Positions 22,487 to 32,621 of a stretch of DNA of 64,000 nt are shown here, one piece after another. Within the stretch, counting starts at the first letter, position 1. The number at the start of each line of letters is the position of its first letter. The DNA is from an uncultured virus (IMG/VR IMGVR_UViG_3300027892_000017) (lineage: Duplodnaviria; Heunggongvirae; Uroviricota; Caudoviricetes). The notes beneath the pieces are model-generated. The model did no database searches, was not told the DNA's origin, and saw only the letters and a program-made list of their open reading frames with translations. The translations under genes were made by a program, and so were the position numbers. The stretch is taken from the IMG/VR virus record IMGVR_UViG_3300027892_000017, positions 62,001-126,000 of that record. The stretch is one strand, 5' to 3'.

Positions 22487-24568
22487 ATGAGTTATCAAGT
22501 AAATTTTACAGATACAACTAAAACTCCAATCACAGTAGATGACCAAACATTAAACTCTGAAAAGAGTGTACAGTTTGTTGGTAAAAACTATGCGGGTTAT
22601 TCGCAAGTTATTGCTGAAAACTTTTTGCATTTACTAGAAAATTTTGCAAAACCCTCTGCTCCACCTAATCCAGTTGCTGGCCAATTATGGTACGATACAC
22701 GGGTTGGCATTAACAATCAATTAAAAATTTGGGATAACACCAATTGGGTTGCAGCTGGCTCTGTTAAGAAATCTTCGTCCGCACCAACTACTAGTGTTAT
22801 TGGTGACCTTTGGGTTAACACTACAACGCAACAACTGCATCTTTATAATGGATCAAGTTGGGTACTAGTGGGACCAGAATATAGTGCTGGCCAAGCAACT
22901 GGTGCAAAAGTTGAACTAATTACATCAACTGCCGATGTTCAAGTTCCAGTACTAACTTTATTTGTAAATGGAACCAGAGTTGTAATTATTAGCGATACTG
23001 AATTTACCCCAAAAGCGTCAACGGTTGGGTTCCCATTAATTAGACAAGGTACAAATTTATCAACAACTAATTTCAAAGCATCTGCGACTGGTACCAAAGT
23101 TTGGGGGATATCAGAAAAAGCTGAAGCACTAATTATTGGTTCTGCTACTGTAGCAGCCACAAACTTTTTAAGAAAAGATGAAGCAAGTACAACTAATTTT
23201 GGATTTAGTGTAAGAAATAATGCAGGTATTAGTATTGGCGGAGACTCTGCGCTGTCAATTTCAATTGAAAATAATGCAGCAGTAGTTTATAATAGAGTTT
23301 CAGGTTCTAGTATTGACTTTAAAATTAAAAGCGGAACAACCTCCCCAACTGTTCTTAGAATTGACGGCAGCTCTAGAGTTGGAATTAATAAAACAAACCC
23401 AGACGAAGCGTTAGATGTTGAAGGTAGTATTAAAGCAAGCAATCAATTATTATTAACTAACGTTACTGATTCTACTAGCTTGTCAACTGGCAGTATTGTC
23501 ACTGCTGGAGGCGTAAGCGTAGCAAAATTAATTAGAGCCGGCGGCGGATTAAACATCATTGGAACTAGCGTTGTAGACAACATTATTCCAAGAACTGATA
23601 GCATTTATGATCTTGGAACATCTATTAATAGATGGAGTAATATCTATGCAGATAATATTGATGCTACCACAATTAGCGGCAGCTTTACTGGTTTCTTAAA
23701 CGGTAGTATTTCTGGTGCTGCTACAACATTGACGAGTACAACTGCATTTAGTTTAGGAGATAGGGTATCTGCACTAGGCGTAGTAGAGCAAGCAAGTGAT
23801 GTTGTAAGTGCTGCAATCAATTTTAATGGTTCTACCCCTTCAGGAAAAGTAGTATTAACAGCAGTTATTAGTAGTAGTTTTATTACCAACAAAACATCAA
23901 CCACTGATTCTTTTCTCACTGATGAATTTTTAATTAGTAGAGCTGGGTCGTTAAGAAGATTATCCAAAAATTCCTTAATTTCAAATATTCCCTTAGTACC
24001 AACTGGTGTAATTATGCCGTTTGCTGGAACTGTAGTACCTCTAGGGTATTTGCTATGCGACGGCAGTGAACAATTAATTTCCACATACCCTGAATTATTT
24101 GCAATTATACAATACAATTATAAATCAATAAGTTTATTGACTGGTACAGGCACATTTGCACTCCCTGATCTTCGAGGGAGATTTCCGTTAGGCAGGGATG
24201 ACATGTCCAACGGTGGAGGAAGTATTCCAGCAGATAGGATTACTGAAGTTGCAGCAGATCAGATTGGCGGCACAGGCGGCGCCAGTTCAGTATCATTGAC
24301 TCGTAATAATTTACCAGAACACGTTCATGATATGAAAGGTAATGCTGGAGCACAGTACTATGCGTTTGCCCCTAGGGCTGGATCCCCAATTGACACAAAT
24401 GCTGAAGCATCCAATGGTTTAGTTGCTACAGGACAGGGTCAATTAATGACTGACAGCGGCGGCATTTTTACAGACGATTTAGTATCAGAGACTCTAAATG
24501 TCCCAGTTGATATTGTTAATCATTATCAAACAATCAATTACATTATATTTACTGGGAAGGTAGCATAA
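22487..24568 (+). CDS. Tail fibre with C-terminal phage tail-collar domain
   Basis: PTGVIMPFAG..VPLGYLLCDG...YPELFAII...FALPDLRGRFPLG tail-collar signature; C-terminal INYII. Confidence 0.85.
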   Translation: MSYQVNFTDTTKTPITVDDQTLNSEKSVQFVGKNYAGYSQVIAENFLHLLENFAKPSAPPNPVAGQLWYDTRVGINNQLKIWDNTNWVAAGSVKKSSSAPTTSVIGDLWVNTTTQQLHLYNGSSWVLVGPEYSAGQATGAKVELITSTADVQVPVLTLFVNGTRVVIISDTEFTPKASTVGFPLIRQGTNLSTTNFKASATGTKVWGISEKAEALIIGSATVAATNFLRKDEASTTNFGFSVRNNAGISIGGDSALSISIENNAAVVYNRVSGSSIDFKIKSGTTSPTVLRIDGSSRVGINKTNPDEALDVEGSIKASNQLLLTNVTDSTSLSTGSIVTAGGVSVAKLIRAGGGLNIIGTSVVDNIIPRTDSIYDLGTSINRWSNIYADNIDATTISGSFTGFLNGSISGAATTLTSTTAFSLGDRVSALGVVEQASDVVSAAINFNGSTPSGKVVLTAVISSSFITNKTSTTDSFLTDEFLISRAGSLRRLSKNSLISNIPLVPTGVIMPFAGTVVPLGYLLCDGSEQLISTYPELFAIIQYNYKSISLLTGTGTFALPDLRGRFPLGRDDMSNGGGSIPADRITEVAADQIGGTGGASSVSLTRNNLPEHVHDMKGNAGAQYYAFAPRAGSPIDTNAEASNGLVATGQGQLMTDSGGIFTDDLVSETLNVPVDIVNHYQTINYIIFTGKVA

Positions 24569-25869
24569 TGACTTACATTATTAATAAAACAAACGGATCT
24601 GTTCTTACTGAATTAGGCGATAGCACTATTGATCAAGTTAGTACCGATCTTACACTTATTGGTAAAAATTCTTCCAACTACGGCGAAGTGTTTAATGAAA
24701 ACTTAATAAAACTTTTAGAAAATTTTGCCAACACTAGTCAGCCTACATATCCTATAACTGGTCAAATTTGGTTTGATACTGGCGATAATAGATTAAAAGT
24801 TTACACAGGTACTGAATTTAGAACAAGCGGCGGTCCTATCGTATCGTCTGATGCAAATACTCCCTTAACTTTAATACAGGGAGATTTATGGATTAATAAT
24901 TTAACTAACCAACTTTGGTTTTACGATGGAACTGAAACTGTCTTAGCTGGCCCGCTGTATACCGCAGAGCAAGGAATTTCAGGACATGAAGTGGTTAGCT
25001 TGTTAGATGTTGCAGGAAATTTAAAAACAGTTGTTAAGATGTGGGCAAGTCAAGTATTGTTAGGAATTTATAGTAAAGAAGAATTTACTCCTAACGCAGC
25101 GGCAGCAACCCAGTTGACCAATGAAGGATACGCTGGTATTATTAAAAAAGGGTTTAACGCTTCTACATTATCCAACATGAAATTTCATGTAACTGCTAGT
25201 AAAGCTGATGCACTAGTTGACCCATCTGGCGCAATAAAAACTACTACTAGTTTTGTGGCTACTGATGCAAGTTCTAGCATCTCTGGTCAACTAACTATTC
25301 AAAACCCAGTTCCGTTAATACTTGGTAATCAAGATAGCGAACTTAGAGTTAGTGGGTCATCATTTCAGATAGTGAGTAATCGTTCAGGACAAAGTTTTGT
25401 AGTTAAAGTTAAATCGAGTTCTGGATTACTAGTTGAAGCAATTTCTGTAAATGCAGTAGATCAATATGTTGGTATTTTTAAAGAAGTACCAACAACTACA
25501 TTGGATGTTGGCGGGGACGCTACTATTGATGGCAGTTTAACCGTTACTGGTAATATTACCTCAACTTGGAAAGTAATTAGCTCTGCGTACACAGCGGTAA
25601 ATGGTGATAAAATCATTGCAGATACCACTCTGGCGCCTTTTAGCATTGCATTGCCAGCAAACCCACAAATTGGTTGGCAAGTGTCTTTTATTGATGGTTC
25701 AACTACTGGATGGGACACAAATCACTTGACAATAACTAGAGATACATTTTCAAGAAAAATCAACGGAGCAACGTCAAATTTAGAAGCAAACAAGGAAGGT
25801 GGGGCATTTACACTGGTCTACACTGGGGTTAACAGAGGCTGGGCTTACAATCAAGTGGCGCCAGTTTAA
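24568..25869 (+). CDS. Tail fibre/baseplate protein
   Basis: Shares the N-terminal GKN..YGE..NENL..LLENFA..GQIWFD module with its neighbours. Its C-terminal DT...FSIALPANP..G..VSFID repeat is seen in T4-like fibre proteins. Confidence 0.7.
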   Translation: MTYIINKTNGSVLTELGDSTIDQVSTDLTLIGKNSSNYGEVFNENLIKLLENFANTSQPTYPITGQIWFDTGDNRLKVYTGTEFRTSGGPIVSSDANTPLTLIQGDLWINNLTNQLWFYDGTETVLAGPLYTAEQGISGHEVVSLLDVAGNLKTVVKMWASQVLLGIYSKEEFTPNAAAATQLTNEGYAGIIKKGFNASTLSNMKFHVTASKADALVDPSGAIKTTTSFVATDASSSISGQLTIQNPVPLILGNQDSELRVSGSSFQIVSNRSGQSFVVKVKSSSGLLVEAISVNAVDQYVGIFKEVPTTTLDVGGDATIDGSLTVTGNITSTWKVISSAYTAVNGDKIIADTTLAPFSIALPANPQIGWQVSFIDGSTTGWDTNHLTITRDTFSRKINGATSNLEANKEGGAFTLVYTGVNRGWAYNQVAPV

Positions 25870-25870
25870 C

Positions 25871-25877
25871 ATAAATA
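25871..25877 (+). promoter_or_regulatory. Putative late promoter (ATAAATA)
   Basis: Intergenic, upstream of a GAGG RBS and the 25895 ATG. Confidence 0.6.
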
Positions 25878-25894
25878 TACAAAAGGGGTGAGGA

Positions 25895-27376
25895 ATGCCT
25901 TACAATATTAACAAATACAATCAAGATTTAGCAGCTACCGTAGAAGACGGTACCGTAGACAGCAGTTTAGATATTAAACTTGTTGGTAAAAACTACGCTG
26001 GTTACGGGGAAATTCAGAACGAAAACTTTGTTTTCTTGCTGGAAAACTTTGCAGGAGAAAATCCTCCTCCTAAGAAAATTACTGGTCAAATATGGTTTGA
26101 TGCTACTTCTAGTAAGTTAAAATTCTTTGACGGAACACAATTTCGTACAACTGGCGGCGCTGAAATAGGGGTTGCTGAACCAACTGGTTTAACTACTGGT
26201 GATTTCTGGTTTAACACAAATACTAATCAATTGTTTGCTTGGAACGAAGCCGATGACCAATTTTCATTAATTGGACCGCAAGCAGTAGCAGATGCAGACA
26301 CTACTCAATTAAGATCACGTAGTGTTACAGATACTACTGATGGATTACATGCCATCATTGAAGCAGTCGTAGATGGTGCAACTGTTTATATTATTTCTCC
26401 TACTGAATTTACCCTTAAAAATTCTGTAAATGCAATTGCTGGGTTTAGCGTGATTAAGAAAGGCCTAACTTTAATTAACACCCCAAACGTAACTGCCGGT
26501 GCTGACGCCCGCGGTGTTACTGGATCTGATTATAGATTCTGGGGAACAGCTTCTAACTCAGAAAGATTGGGTGGTGTAGCAGCTTCAAGTTTTGTAAGAA
26601 ATGATGTTTCTACACTACCGTCAGTTGCCATTAGATTTAGTGATTTAGGCTATACTGTTGGTAACGATGATGATATTGCGGTTTACATTGAAGGCACTAC
26701 TCCAGTATTTGAAAATCAATTAAGCAGTACAATTGAATTTAGAACTACCTCTGGCGCAACATACACCCCTATGAAATTAGTTGGACCTAACGTATTACCT
26801 GGTACAGATAATACGTCAGACATTGGATCATCAACTTCAAGATTTTCCTCAGTATATGCAGTATCGTTTGAAGGTACTGCTACTACAGCAGATGCAGTTA
26901 ATGTTGCAGGCAATGCTAGAGCAGCGTCAACATCAGACACTGGCAATACCATTGCGGCAAGAACAGTAGACGGTGATTTAGCGGCAAGATTATTTATTGG
27001 AACAGCTACTGAGGCATACTATGCTGACTTGGCAGAAAAATACTTAGCTGATGCAGAATATGACATTGGAACTGTAGTGATGATTGGCGGCACTTCAGAA
27101 ATTACTGCTAGTAAATTAGGTAAACGTGCAATTGGGGCAGTAAGTGCGCATCCAGCATTTTTAATGAACAAGAGTCTTGAGGGTGGTACCACTGTTGCTC
27201 TTAAAGGCCGAGTTCCAGTTAAAGTAATTGGAGCCATTAAAAAGGGAGACGAGTTGATTGCTTCTGATAATGGCTGTGCAGTAGTAGCAGCGCCACTCTC
27301 AAATGGAGTTTTTGCTGTTGCATTACAATCTAGTGATGACACCGGGGTCAAATTAGTTGAAGCATTAATTTTATAA
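25895..27376 (+). CDS. Tail fibre with C-terminal intramolecular-chaperone/peptidase G2-like domain
   Basis: Shared N-terminal module; C-terminal YADLAEKY...GTVV...ALKGRVPVKV.G.IKKGD.L motif. Confidence 0.7.
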   Translation: MPYNINKYNQDLAATVEDGTVDSSLDIKLVGKNYAGYGEIQNENFVFLLENFAGENPPPKKITGQIWFDATSSKLKFFDGTQFRTTGGAEIGVAEPTGLTTGDFWFNTNTNQLFAWNEADDQFSLIGPQAVADADTTQLRSRSVTDTTDGLHAIIEAVVDGATVYIISPTEFTLKNSVNAIAGFSVIKKGLTLINTPNVTAGADARGVTGSDYRFWGTASNSERLGGVAASSFVRNDVSTLPSVAIRFSDLGYTVGNDDDIAVYIEGTTPVFENQLSSTIEFRTTSGATYTPMKLVGPNVLPGTDNTSDIGSSTSRFSSVYAVSFEGTATTADAVNVAGNARAASTSDTGNTIAARTVDGDLAARLFIGTATEAYYADLAEKYLADAEYDIGTVVMIGGTSEITASKLGKRAIGAVSAHPAFLMNKSLEGGTTVALKGRVPVKVIGAIKKGDELIASDNGCAVVAAPLSNGVFAVALQSSDDTGVKLVEALIL

Positions 27377-27384
27377 TATAAATA
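27377..27384 (+). promoter_or_regulatory. T4-type late promoter TATAAATA
   Basis: Exact T4 late consensus in the intergenic gap before 27408. Confidence 0.7.
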
Positions 27385-27407
27385 TCACAGAATAAAGAGA
27401 CTTACTT

Positions 27408-28370
27408 ATGCCAATCGGATCACCAGGGATATTCCCAAAAGCAGCTGGAAACATAATTTATGCTGCTGACTTTAATAACATTCAAAGTACAACTGAGTTC
27501 TTACTTGGAGCTGGTCTTTCTGATTCTGGTTACGGGCAAGCAGTTGGTAGCGCACAAGTTGCAGCAGATGTTAAAGTAACTGTTAGTCAATGGAATACAC
27601 TGAGAACTGATTTGCTTAAAATTCGTCAGCATCAAACGGGGTTAAATGAAAGCGTAAGTTTAACTTTGCCTACAACTACTGACTTAATTGATGACACATT
27701 TGCTAATCAATATAAAGATTTTGCTTCACTTTGTAGCACAGATCGACTTACGGTTGCACTTACAGAAGCGCCACCAGTTAACTTATATGATCCAACACTT
27801 TCTAGAAGAACCAGTCCGTGGAATGGCAAGTTAACTCATACAGTTACAATAACTTTTGCATCTGGTGATGCTGCAAGACATTTCTTTAACGCTGGCGGAT
27901 CATTTCAATTCTCGGCAACTATTACTGGCTATACAGGCGGAACTAATGACAAAGGTGGTCGTTGGGATCAAATGCTAACAGCAATGGGGACAATTAAATT
28001 TGCAGCCCACGGAACTACGTATACTGGTACTGAAGCCGCGGGCGGATATCCAAAAACATCAATTGGTTGGTATGAGTTGACAACTTCAGATCAATATGTT
28101 TTTGTTAAACCAACAACTCCTGGGGTTTACCTAGAAAACGAATATAGAATTCTAGTTAAAAAGAATGCAGCTAACAATACTGCTACAGTATTAACGTTTA
28201 CTATTGAGTTTGATGACGCAGACCTCGGAGATCAACGACCTGGACGTAGACCAGGGCCTGGAGTTGATGAACAAGTTACTGGTACACTAACTAGTATTGT
28301 AAAAATTGCAAGAGCCGCATCAGCAAACGTAACAGTTCCTAGTCCCGCATTCACTCAATCCGGAATATAA
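27408..28370 (+). CDS. Putative virion structural protein
   Basis: T/G/A-rich 320 aa ORF with a late promoter upstream; last gene of the tail module. Confidence 0.55.
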   Translation: MPIGSPGIFPKAAGNIIYAADFNNIQSTTEFLLGAGLSDSGYGQAVGSAQVAADVKVTVSQWNTLRTDLLKIRQHQTGLNESVSLTLPTTTDLIDDTFANQYKDFASLCSTDRLTVALTEAPPVNLYDPTLSRRTSPWNGKLTHTVTITFASGDAARHFFNAGGSFQFSATITGYTGGTNDKGGRWDQMLTAMGTIKFAAHGTTYTGTEAAGGYPKTSIGWYELTTSDQYVFVKPTTPGVYLENEYRILVKKNAANNTATVLTFTIEFDDADLGDQRPGRRPGPGVDEQVTGTLTSIVKIARAASANVTVPSPAFTQSGI

Positions 28371-28383
28371 ACCCTTATAGCTC

Positions 28384-28412
28384 TTGACACGATAATTATA
28401 AGATAGTATAAT
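28384..28412 (+). promoter_or_regulatory. Consensus sigma70 promoter TTGACA-N17-TATAAT
   Basis: TTGACA at 28384-28389, 17-nt spacer, TATAAT at 28407-28412, AGGAGG at 28421-28426. Confidence 0.9.
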
Positions 28413-28431
28413 TATTGTTCAGGAGGTCCGT

Positions 28432-28779
28432 ATGGACGACAAGCTATTAAAAGCCTTTGAAATTGCCAATTTTGTAACAACGTTGGCCAATCAAAAAAAG
28501 GTAATTTACGAAGAATATCAACAAAATTGCGTTTATTTTTTTAACGGCGCAACATTCAAAGTCACTAGAGAATTAATTAATTTTGTAAAAACTTTAATTG
28601 ATCTTGAGCATACTGATTCAGTCATTCTTGATGACAATAATCTTCCAGTAGACATCCCCTCACTAACAGAATTTTTAGACAGCATATTGTCAGTGTATGC
28701 ATCTGCGACAAACAGTTATCAAACCCAATATCAAAAAATCAAAAATAGTAGATCAGTTGAGAGTTTGTTAGATTTATGA
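28432..28779 (+). CDS. Hypothetical protein (weak resemblance to DUF4376-like fibre-assembly proteins)
   Basis: Strong RBS. FNGATF...LDDNNLPV followed by a helical C-terminus; the resemblance was judged by eye only. Confidence 0.5.
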   Translation: MDDKLLKAFEIANFVTTLANQKKVIYEEYQQNCVYFFNGATFKVTRELINFVKTLIDLEHTDSVILDDNNLPVDIPSLTEFLDSILSVYASATNSYQTQYQKIKNSRSVESLLDL

Positions 28780-29618
28780 CACAAGGTGTATTAATATTTG
28801 CCTTTAATAATTCTGAAGTTGACTATGTGGAGTTGTCGATATATGCAGCCAAACGGGTAAAACGTTTTTTAAATAAACCAGTTAGTCTAGTAACTGATAG
28901 TTCTGAATGGCTATATAAGACTTTCCCCAACGATGTAGATGTATTTGATAAGATCATTGAATCTGTTGACACAACCACGCAAGTTAAAAAATTTTATGAT
29001 GGCGCTGATAGTTATTCTAACCTAGTATGGAAAAATTCTAACAGAGCAAATTGTTTCTACCTAAGTCCTTATGATGAAACACTAGTAATAGATAGTGATT
29101 TTATAATTAATTCATCATTTCTTGAATATTGCTGGGATCAAAATCATAATTTCTTAATATATAACAAATATAATGATCTAGCATCGTGGAGAAATACCAG
29201 CGAGTTTGATTATATTAATCAGTTTAGCATACCTTTTTATTGGGCTACTGTATTTTTCTTTAGGAAAAATTCAACAACTGAACATTTTTTCACTTTAATT
29301 GAACACATTAAAGATAATTGGGTATACTATGCTAAATTGTATAGAGTACCAAGTACACGTTACCGCAATGATATTGCGTTTAGCATTGCTATTCATATGA
29401 TGAACGGATTTACTAGTGGTGATTTTGCCATGCCTATTGCTAATAAATTGAGCTATATCCTAGACAGAGACATTTTAATTAGCGCAACTGATAACAAAAT
29501 GACATTGCTAGTTAATAAAGAAAATACAGTAGATCAATACACTGCAATTAGTACCAATTCTTTAGACGTACATGTTATGAATAAACAGAGCTTATTGAGG
29601 GTTATACGAAATGTCTAA
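28776..29618 (+). CDS. GT-A fold glycosyltransferase-like protein (GT8-like)
   Basis: LSPYDETLVIDSD (DxD motif), YWATVFFF, RNDIAFSIA. Confidence 0.7.
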   Translation: MTQGVLIFAFNNSEVDYVELSIYAAKRVKRFLNKPVSLVTDSSEWLYKTFPNDVDVFDKIIESVDTTTQVKKFYDGADSYSNLVWKNSNRANCFYLSPYDETLVIDSDFIINSSFLEYCWDQNHNFLIYNKYNDLASWRNTSEFDYINQFSIPFYWATVFFFRKNSTTEHFFTLIEHIKDNWVYYAKLYRVPSTRYRNDIAFSIAIHMMNGFTSGDFAMPIANKLSYILDRDILISATDNKMTLLVNKENTVDQYTAISTNSLDVHVMNKQSLLRVIRNV

Positions 29619-30432
29619 AGGTCATGTATTCCTAGCTCAAAACTCAAACGTAAACTATGTAACACAAGCCTATGCTCTTGCACTATCTATCAAATTGAAT
29701 AATAAACAGCATAATCAGACTTGTTTAATTACAAATGATACAGTGCCTGATGATTACAGACACACATTTGACCACATATTAGATATACCGTGGGGTGATG
29801 ATGCTAAAGAAAAAACATGGAAAGTTGAAAACAGGTGGAAAATTGCACATATAACACCGTTTAAAGAAAGTTTGATATATGATACTGACATGCTGTTATT
29901 AACATCGAATGATCATTGGTGGGAATTTCTTAAAAACAAATCAATATGTCTTACTTCGTGTGTAAAAGATTATAAAGGTAGAGAAATTAGTGATGATTAT
30001 TACAGAAAAACTTTTACTGCAAATAACCTACCTAATGTATATACTGGAGTTCATTATTTTAAGAAGTCAGTGCAAGGATACGAATTTTATAAATGGTTAG
30101 AAGTTATTACTAAAAATTGGGAACAATTTTACGATAAATTCTTACCTAATACAAAACAAAGATTTTGTAGTATGGATGTCAATGCGGCACTTGCGTTAGT
30201 GTTTATGGAAACAGAACACGAAATGACATCTAAAGTTTCTCCATCGTTTGTACACATGAAGCCAGCAATTCAGGGGTGGGACAGTCCCCCTTCGTCTTGG
30301 ATAAATCAAATAGGTATTAGTTTTAATCAAGATAAACAGTTAAAAATTGGTAATTTTTTACAAACTGGTGTATTTCATTACACTGAGGATGACTTTTTGA
30401 CAAATAACATTATTAACACATTGAGATATTAA
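29611..30432 (+). CDS. GT-A fold glycosyltransferase-like protein, paralog of the preceding gene
   Basis: TPFKESLIYDTD (DxD motif), NVYTGVHYF, FVHMK. Confidence 0.7.
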   Translation: MSKGHVFLAQNSNVNYVTQAYALALSIKLNNKQHNQTCLITNDTVPDDYRHTFDHILDIPWGDDAKEKTWKVENRWKIAHITPFKESLIYDTDMLLLTSNDHWWEFLKNKSICLTSCVKDYKGREISDDYYRKTFTANNLPNVYTGVHYFKKSVQGYEFYKWLEVITKNWEQFYDKFLPNTKQRFCSMDVNAALALVFMETEHEMTSKVSPSFVHMKPAIQGWDSPPSSWINQIGISFNQDKQLKIGNFLQTGVFHYTEDDFLTNNIINTLRY

Positions 30433-30433
30433 T

Positions 30434-31021
30434 ATGGATACACTTACATTACAAGAAATTTTACAAGCAGAAGCAGTGTCAGAAATACCTAAAACAATGT
30501 ATGTTTGGCATGACGAAGCTGGAACTATTACAGGCATTTCTAATTTACCCAGTACTGGTGGATACTTAGAAGTGCCAAAGTCTAGATTGCATGATTTTTT
30601 AAGCGGAAAAAAAGATTACTGTCGATATAATATTGATTATTTTAAATTTGATAATGCATTACAGACTAAAGACGAGTCTATTAAAATATCCAGTGCATTG
30701 ATTTATGAAATCCCTCGAGTGACTGATAAGGGTATTACAGATTTTACAATCATTCATAAAAAAAAGCAAAAACGTTGGGAAATATTATTAAGTGATGATG
30801 CTAAAGTTATGATATCTAAAATTAATCCATCTACAACTTTTGATTTTTATTTAACTACAGTAAAAGACCCCCATTACTTGCTTAAAACAATTACCATACA
30901 AGTTTCCAATATAAAAGACGGAAATAAGTTACATTTTAAATCCAGTTTAGAAGAAGATATTGATTCTTTTACCATTTCAACTTTTGGTTATTTTAAATCT
31001 TATGGGTTGTTAGTAGCATGA
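30434..31021 (+). CDS. Hypothetical protein
   Basis: 195 aa ORF packed into the operon. Confidence 0.6.
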   Translation: MDTLTLQEILQAEAVSEIPKTMYVWHDEAGTITGISNLPSTGGYLEVPKSRLHDFLSGKKDYCRYNIDYFKFDNALQTKDESIKISSALIYEIPRVTDKGITDFTIIHKKKQKRWEILLSDDAKVMISKINPSTTFDFYLTTVKDPHYLLKTITIQVSNIKDGNKLHFKSSLEEDIDSFTISTFGYFKSYGLLVA

Positions 31022-31932
31022 GTACATTAAAAGTAATAGACTGTGATATCGTATATCTAAGTTATGATGAGCCTAACGCTGAAAAAAATTACGCAGACTT
31101 GTTAAAAAAAGTTCCTTGGGCTAAACGTGTACACGGGGTAGAGGGCAGTGATGCAGCACATAAGGCCTGTGCTAGATTGTGTAGTACTCCAAGATTAATT
31201 GTGATTGACGGGGACAATATTGTACGTCCAGAATTTTTAGAACAGGTTATAGAATTTAAAGATGACGTTGAACTTGATAAAAGTGTTATTAGTTGGGGCG
31301 CACAAAATGTTATTAACGGATTGATATATGGTAATGGTGGTATTAAGTGTTGGCCCACGCAATTAGTATTAGATATGAAGACCCACGAGGCTGCGGAAAG
31401 TGATAATGCTAAGACCCAAGTGGATTTTTGTTGGGATATTAATTACATTCAAATGGAACAATGCATGAGTGACGTGCATAATAATGCAAGCCCACAGCAA
31501 GCCTGGCGTGCGGGCTTTCGTGAAGGTGTCAAAATGGGATTGCTTGAGGGATCTAAAGCTGATAATATTGTTAAGCAAGTTCACTGGAAGAATTTTCAAC
31601 GTTTGATGGTCTGGATGCACATAGGTGCAGATGTGCCTAATGGCATTTGGGCAATATATGGTGCTAGACAAGGTTGCTACATGACTAATTGTACAGATTG
31701 GGATTATGTTAATGTACGTGACTTTAAATGGTTAAACAATTACTGGGAAAACAATGATGGAAAAGTAACTGATAAAATGTTACCTTATGAAATTATGGGA
31801 ATTGGAGAAACTCTCGTACACGAATTAGAATTAGAAATGGCAGATATGTTTACTGCCGAACAAAGTAAACTATTTAAATCCATGTATGTTAATCCACCTA
31901 GAATGCCCAATAAATTTATAGTGAGCAAGTAA
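31018..31932 (+). CDS. Glycosyltransferase-like protein (GT-A/GT2-like)
   Basis: YLSYDEPNAE, RVHGVEG..AAH, VIDGDN (DxD motif), YGNGGIK, AWRAGFREGVK. Confidence 0.65.
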   Translation: MSTLKVIDCDIVYLSYDEPNAEKNYADLLKKVPWAKRVHGVEGSDAAHKACARLCSTPRLIVIDGDNIVRPEFLEQVIEFKDDVELDKSVISWGAQNVINGLIYGNGGIKCWPTQLVLDMKTHEAAESDNAKTQVDFCWDINYIQMEQCMSDVHNNASPQQAWRAGFREGVKMGLLEGSKADNIVKQVHWKNFQRLMVWMHIGADVPNGIWAIYGARQGCYMTNCTDWDYVNVRDFKWLNNYWENNDGKVTDKMLPYEIMGIGETLVHELELEMADMFTAEQSKLFKSMYVNPPRMPNKFIVSK

Positions 31933-32621
31933 TGTTTGATATCGTCTTTATCAGTTATAACGAACCAAACGCAGAATCAAACTGGCTAAAATTAAAAAAT
32001 CGATTTCCTATGACAAAACGTGTTCATGGAGTTAAAGGGATACACAATGCTCATATCATTGCAGCTAAAAAATGTTTTACAAAAATGATTTGGGTGGTTG
32101 ATGGTGATGCAGAAGTGTTAGATAGTTTTGATTTTGATTATAAACTAGAATCTCGTGGGCTAGAAACTGTACACGTATGGAGAAGTTTAAACCCTGTAAA
32201 CTATTTAGAATATGGGAACGGTGGAGTAAAACTTCTGCCTAGATTGGATACAATTAATATGGATACTAGCAAGCCAGATATGACAACTAGTATTAGTAAG
32301 CATTTTAAAGCAGTGCCTGTAATTAGTAATGTGACTGCTTTTAACACTGATGAGTTTAATACTTGGAAAAGTGCGTTTAGAGAATGCGTTAAATTATCTA
32401 GTAAAGTAATTGATAGACAAAAATCAGAAGAAACTGATGTTAGATTACAGGCGTGGTGTACAGTGGGCGCAGACAAACCATATGGAAAATATGCATTAGC
32501 TGGCGCAAAGGCAGGAACCAGATACGGTATTGCAAATAAAGGCGACATGACAGCATTAAAATTAATCAATGACTTTGATTGGCTAGCTGAACAATTTAAT
32601 AAGGAATGTAATGGAAAATAA
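31932..32621 (+). CDS. Glycosyltransferase-like protein, paralog of the preceding gene
   Basis: FISYNEPNAE, RVHGVKG..NAH, VVDGDA, YGNGGVK, TWKSAFRECVK. Confidence 0.65.
   Translation: MFDIVFISYNEPNAESNWLKLKNRFPMTKRVHGVKGIHNAHIIAAKKCFTKMIWVVDGDAEVLDSFDFDYKLESRGLETVHVWRSLNPVNYLEYGNGGVKLLPRLDTINMDTSKPDMTTSISKHFKAVPVISNVTAFNTDEFNTWKSAFRECVKLSSKVIDRQKSEETDVRLQAWCTVGADKPYGKYALAGAKAGTRYGIANKGDMTALKLINDFDWLAEQFNKECNGK

Noticed and set aside
22487..27376. Diversity-generating retroelement or invertible tail-fibre cassette
   Set aside because: I saw no reverse transcriptase, recombinase or near-identical template/variable repeat pair. The similarity is at the protein level and N-terminal.
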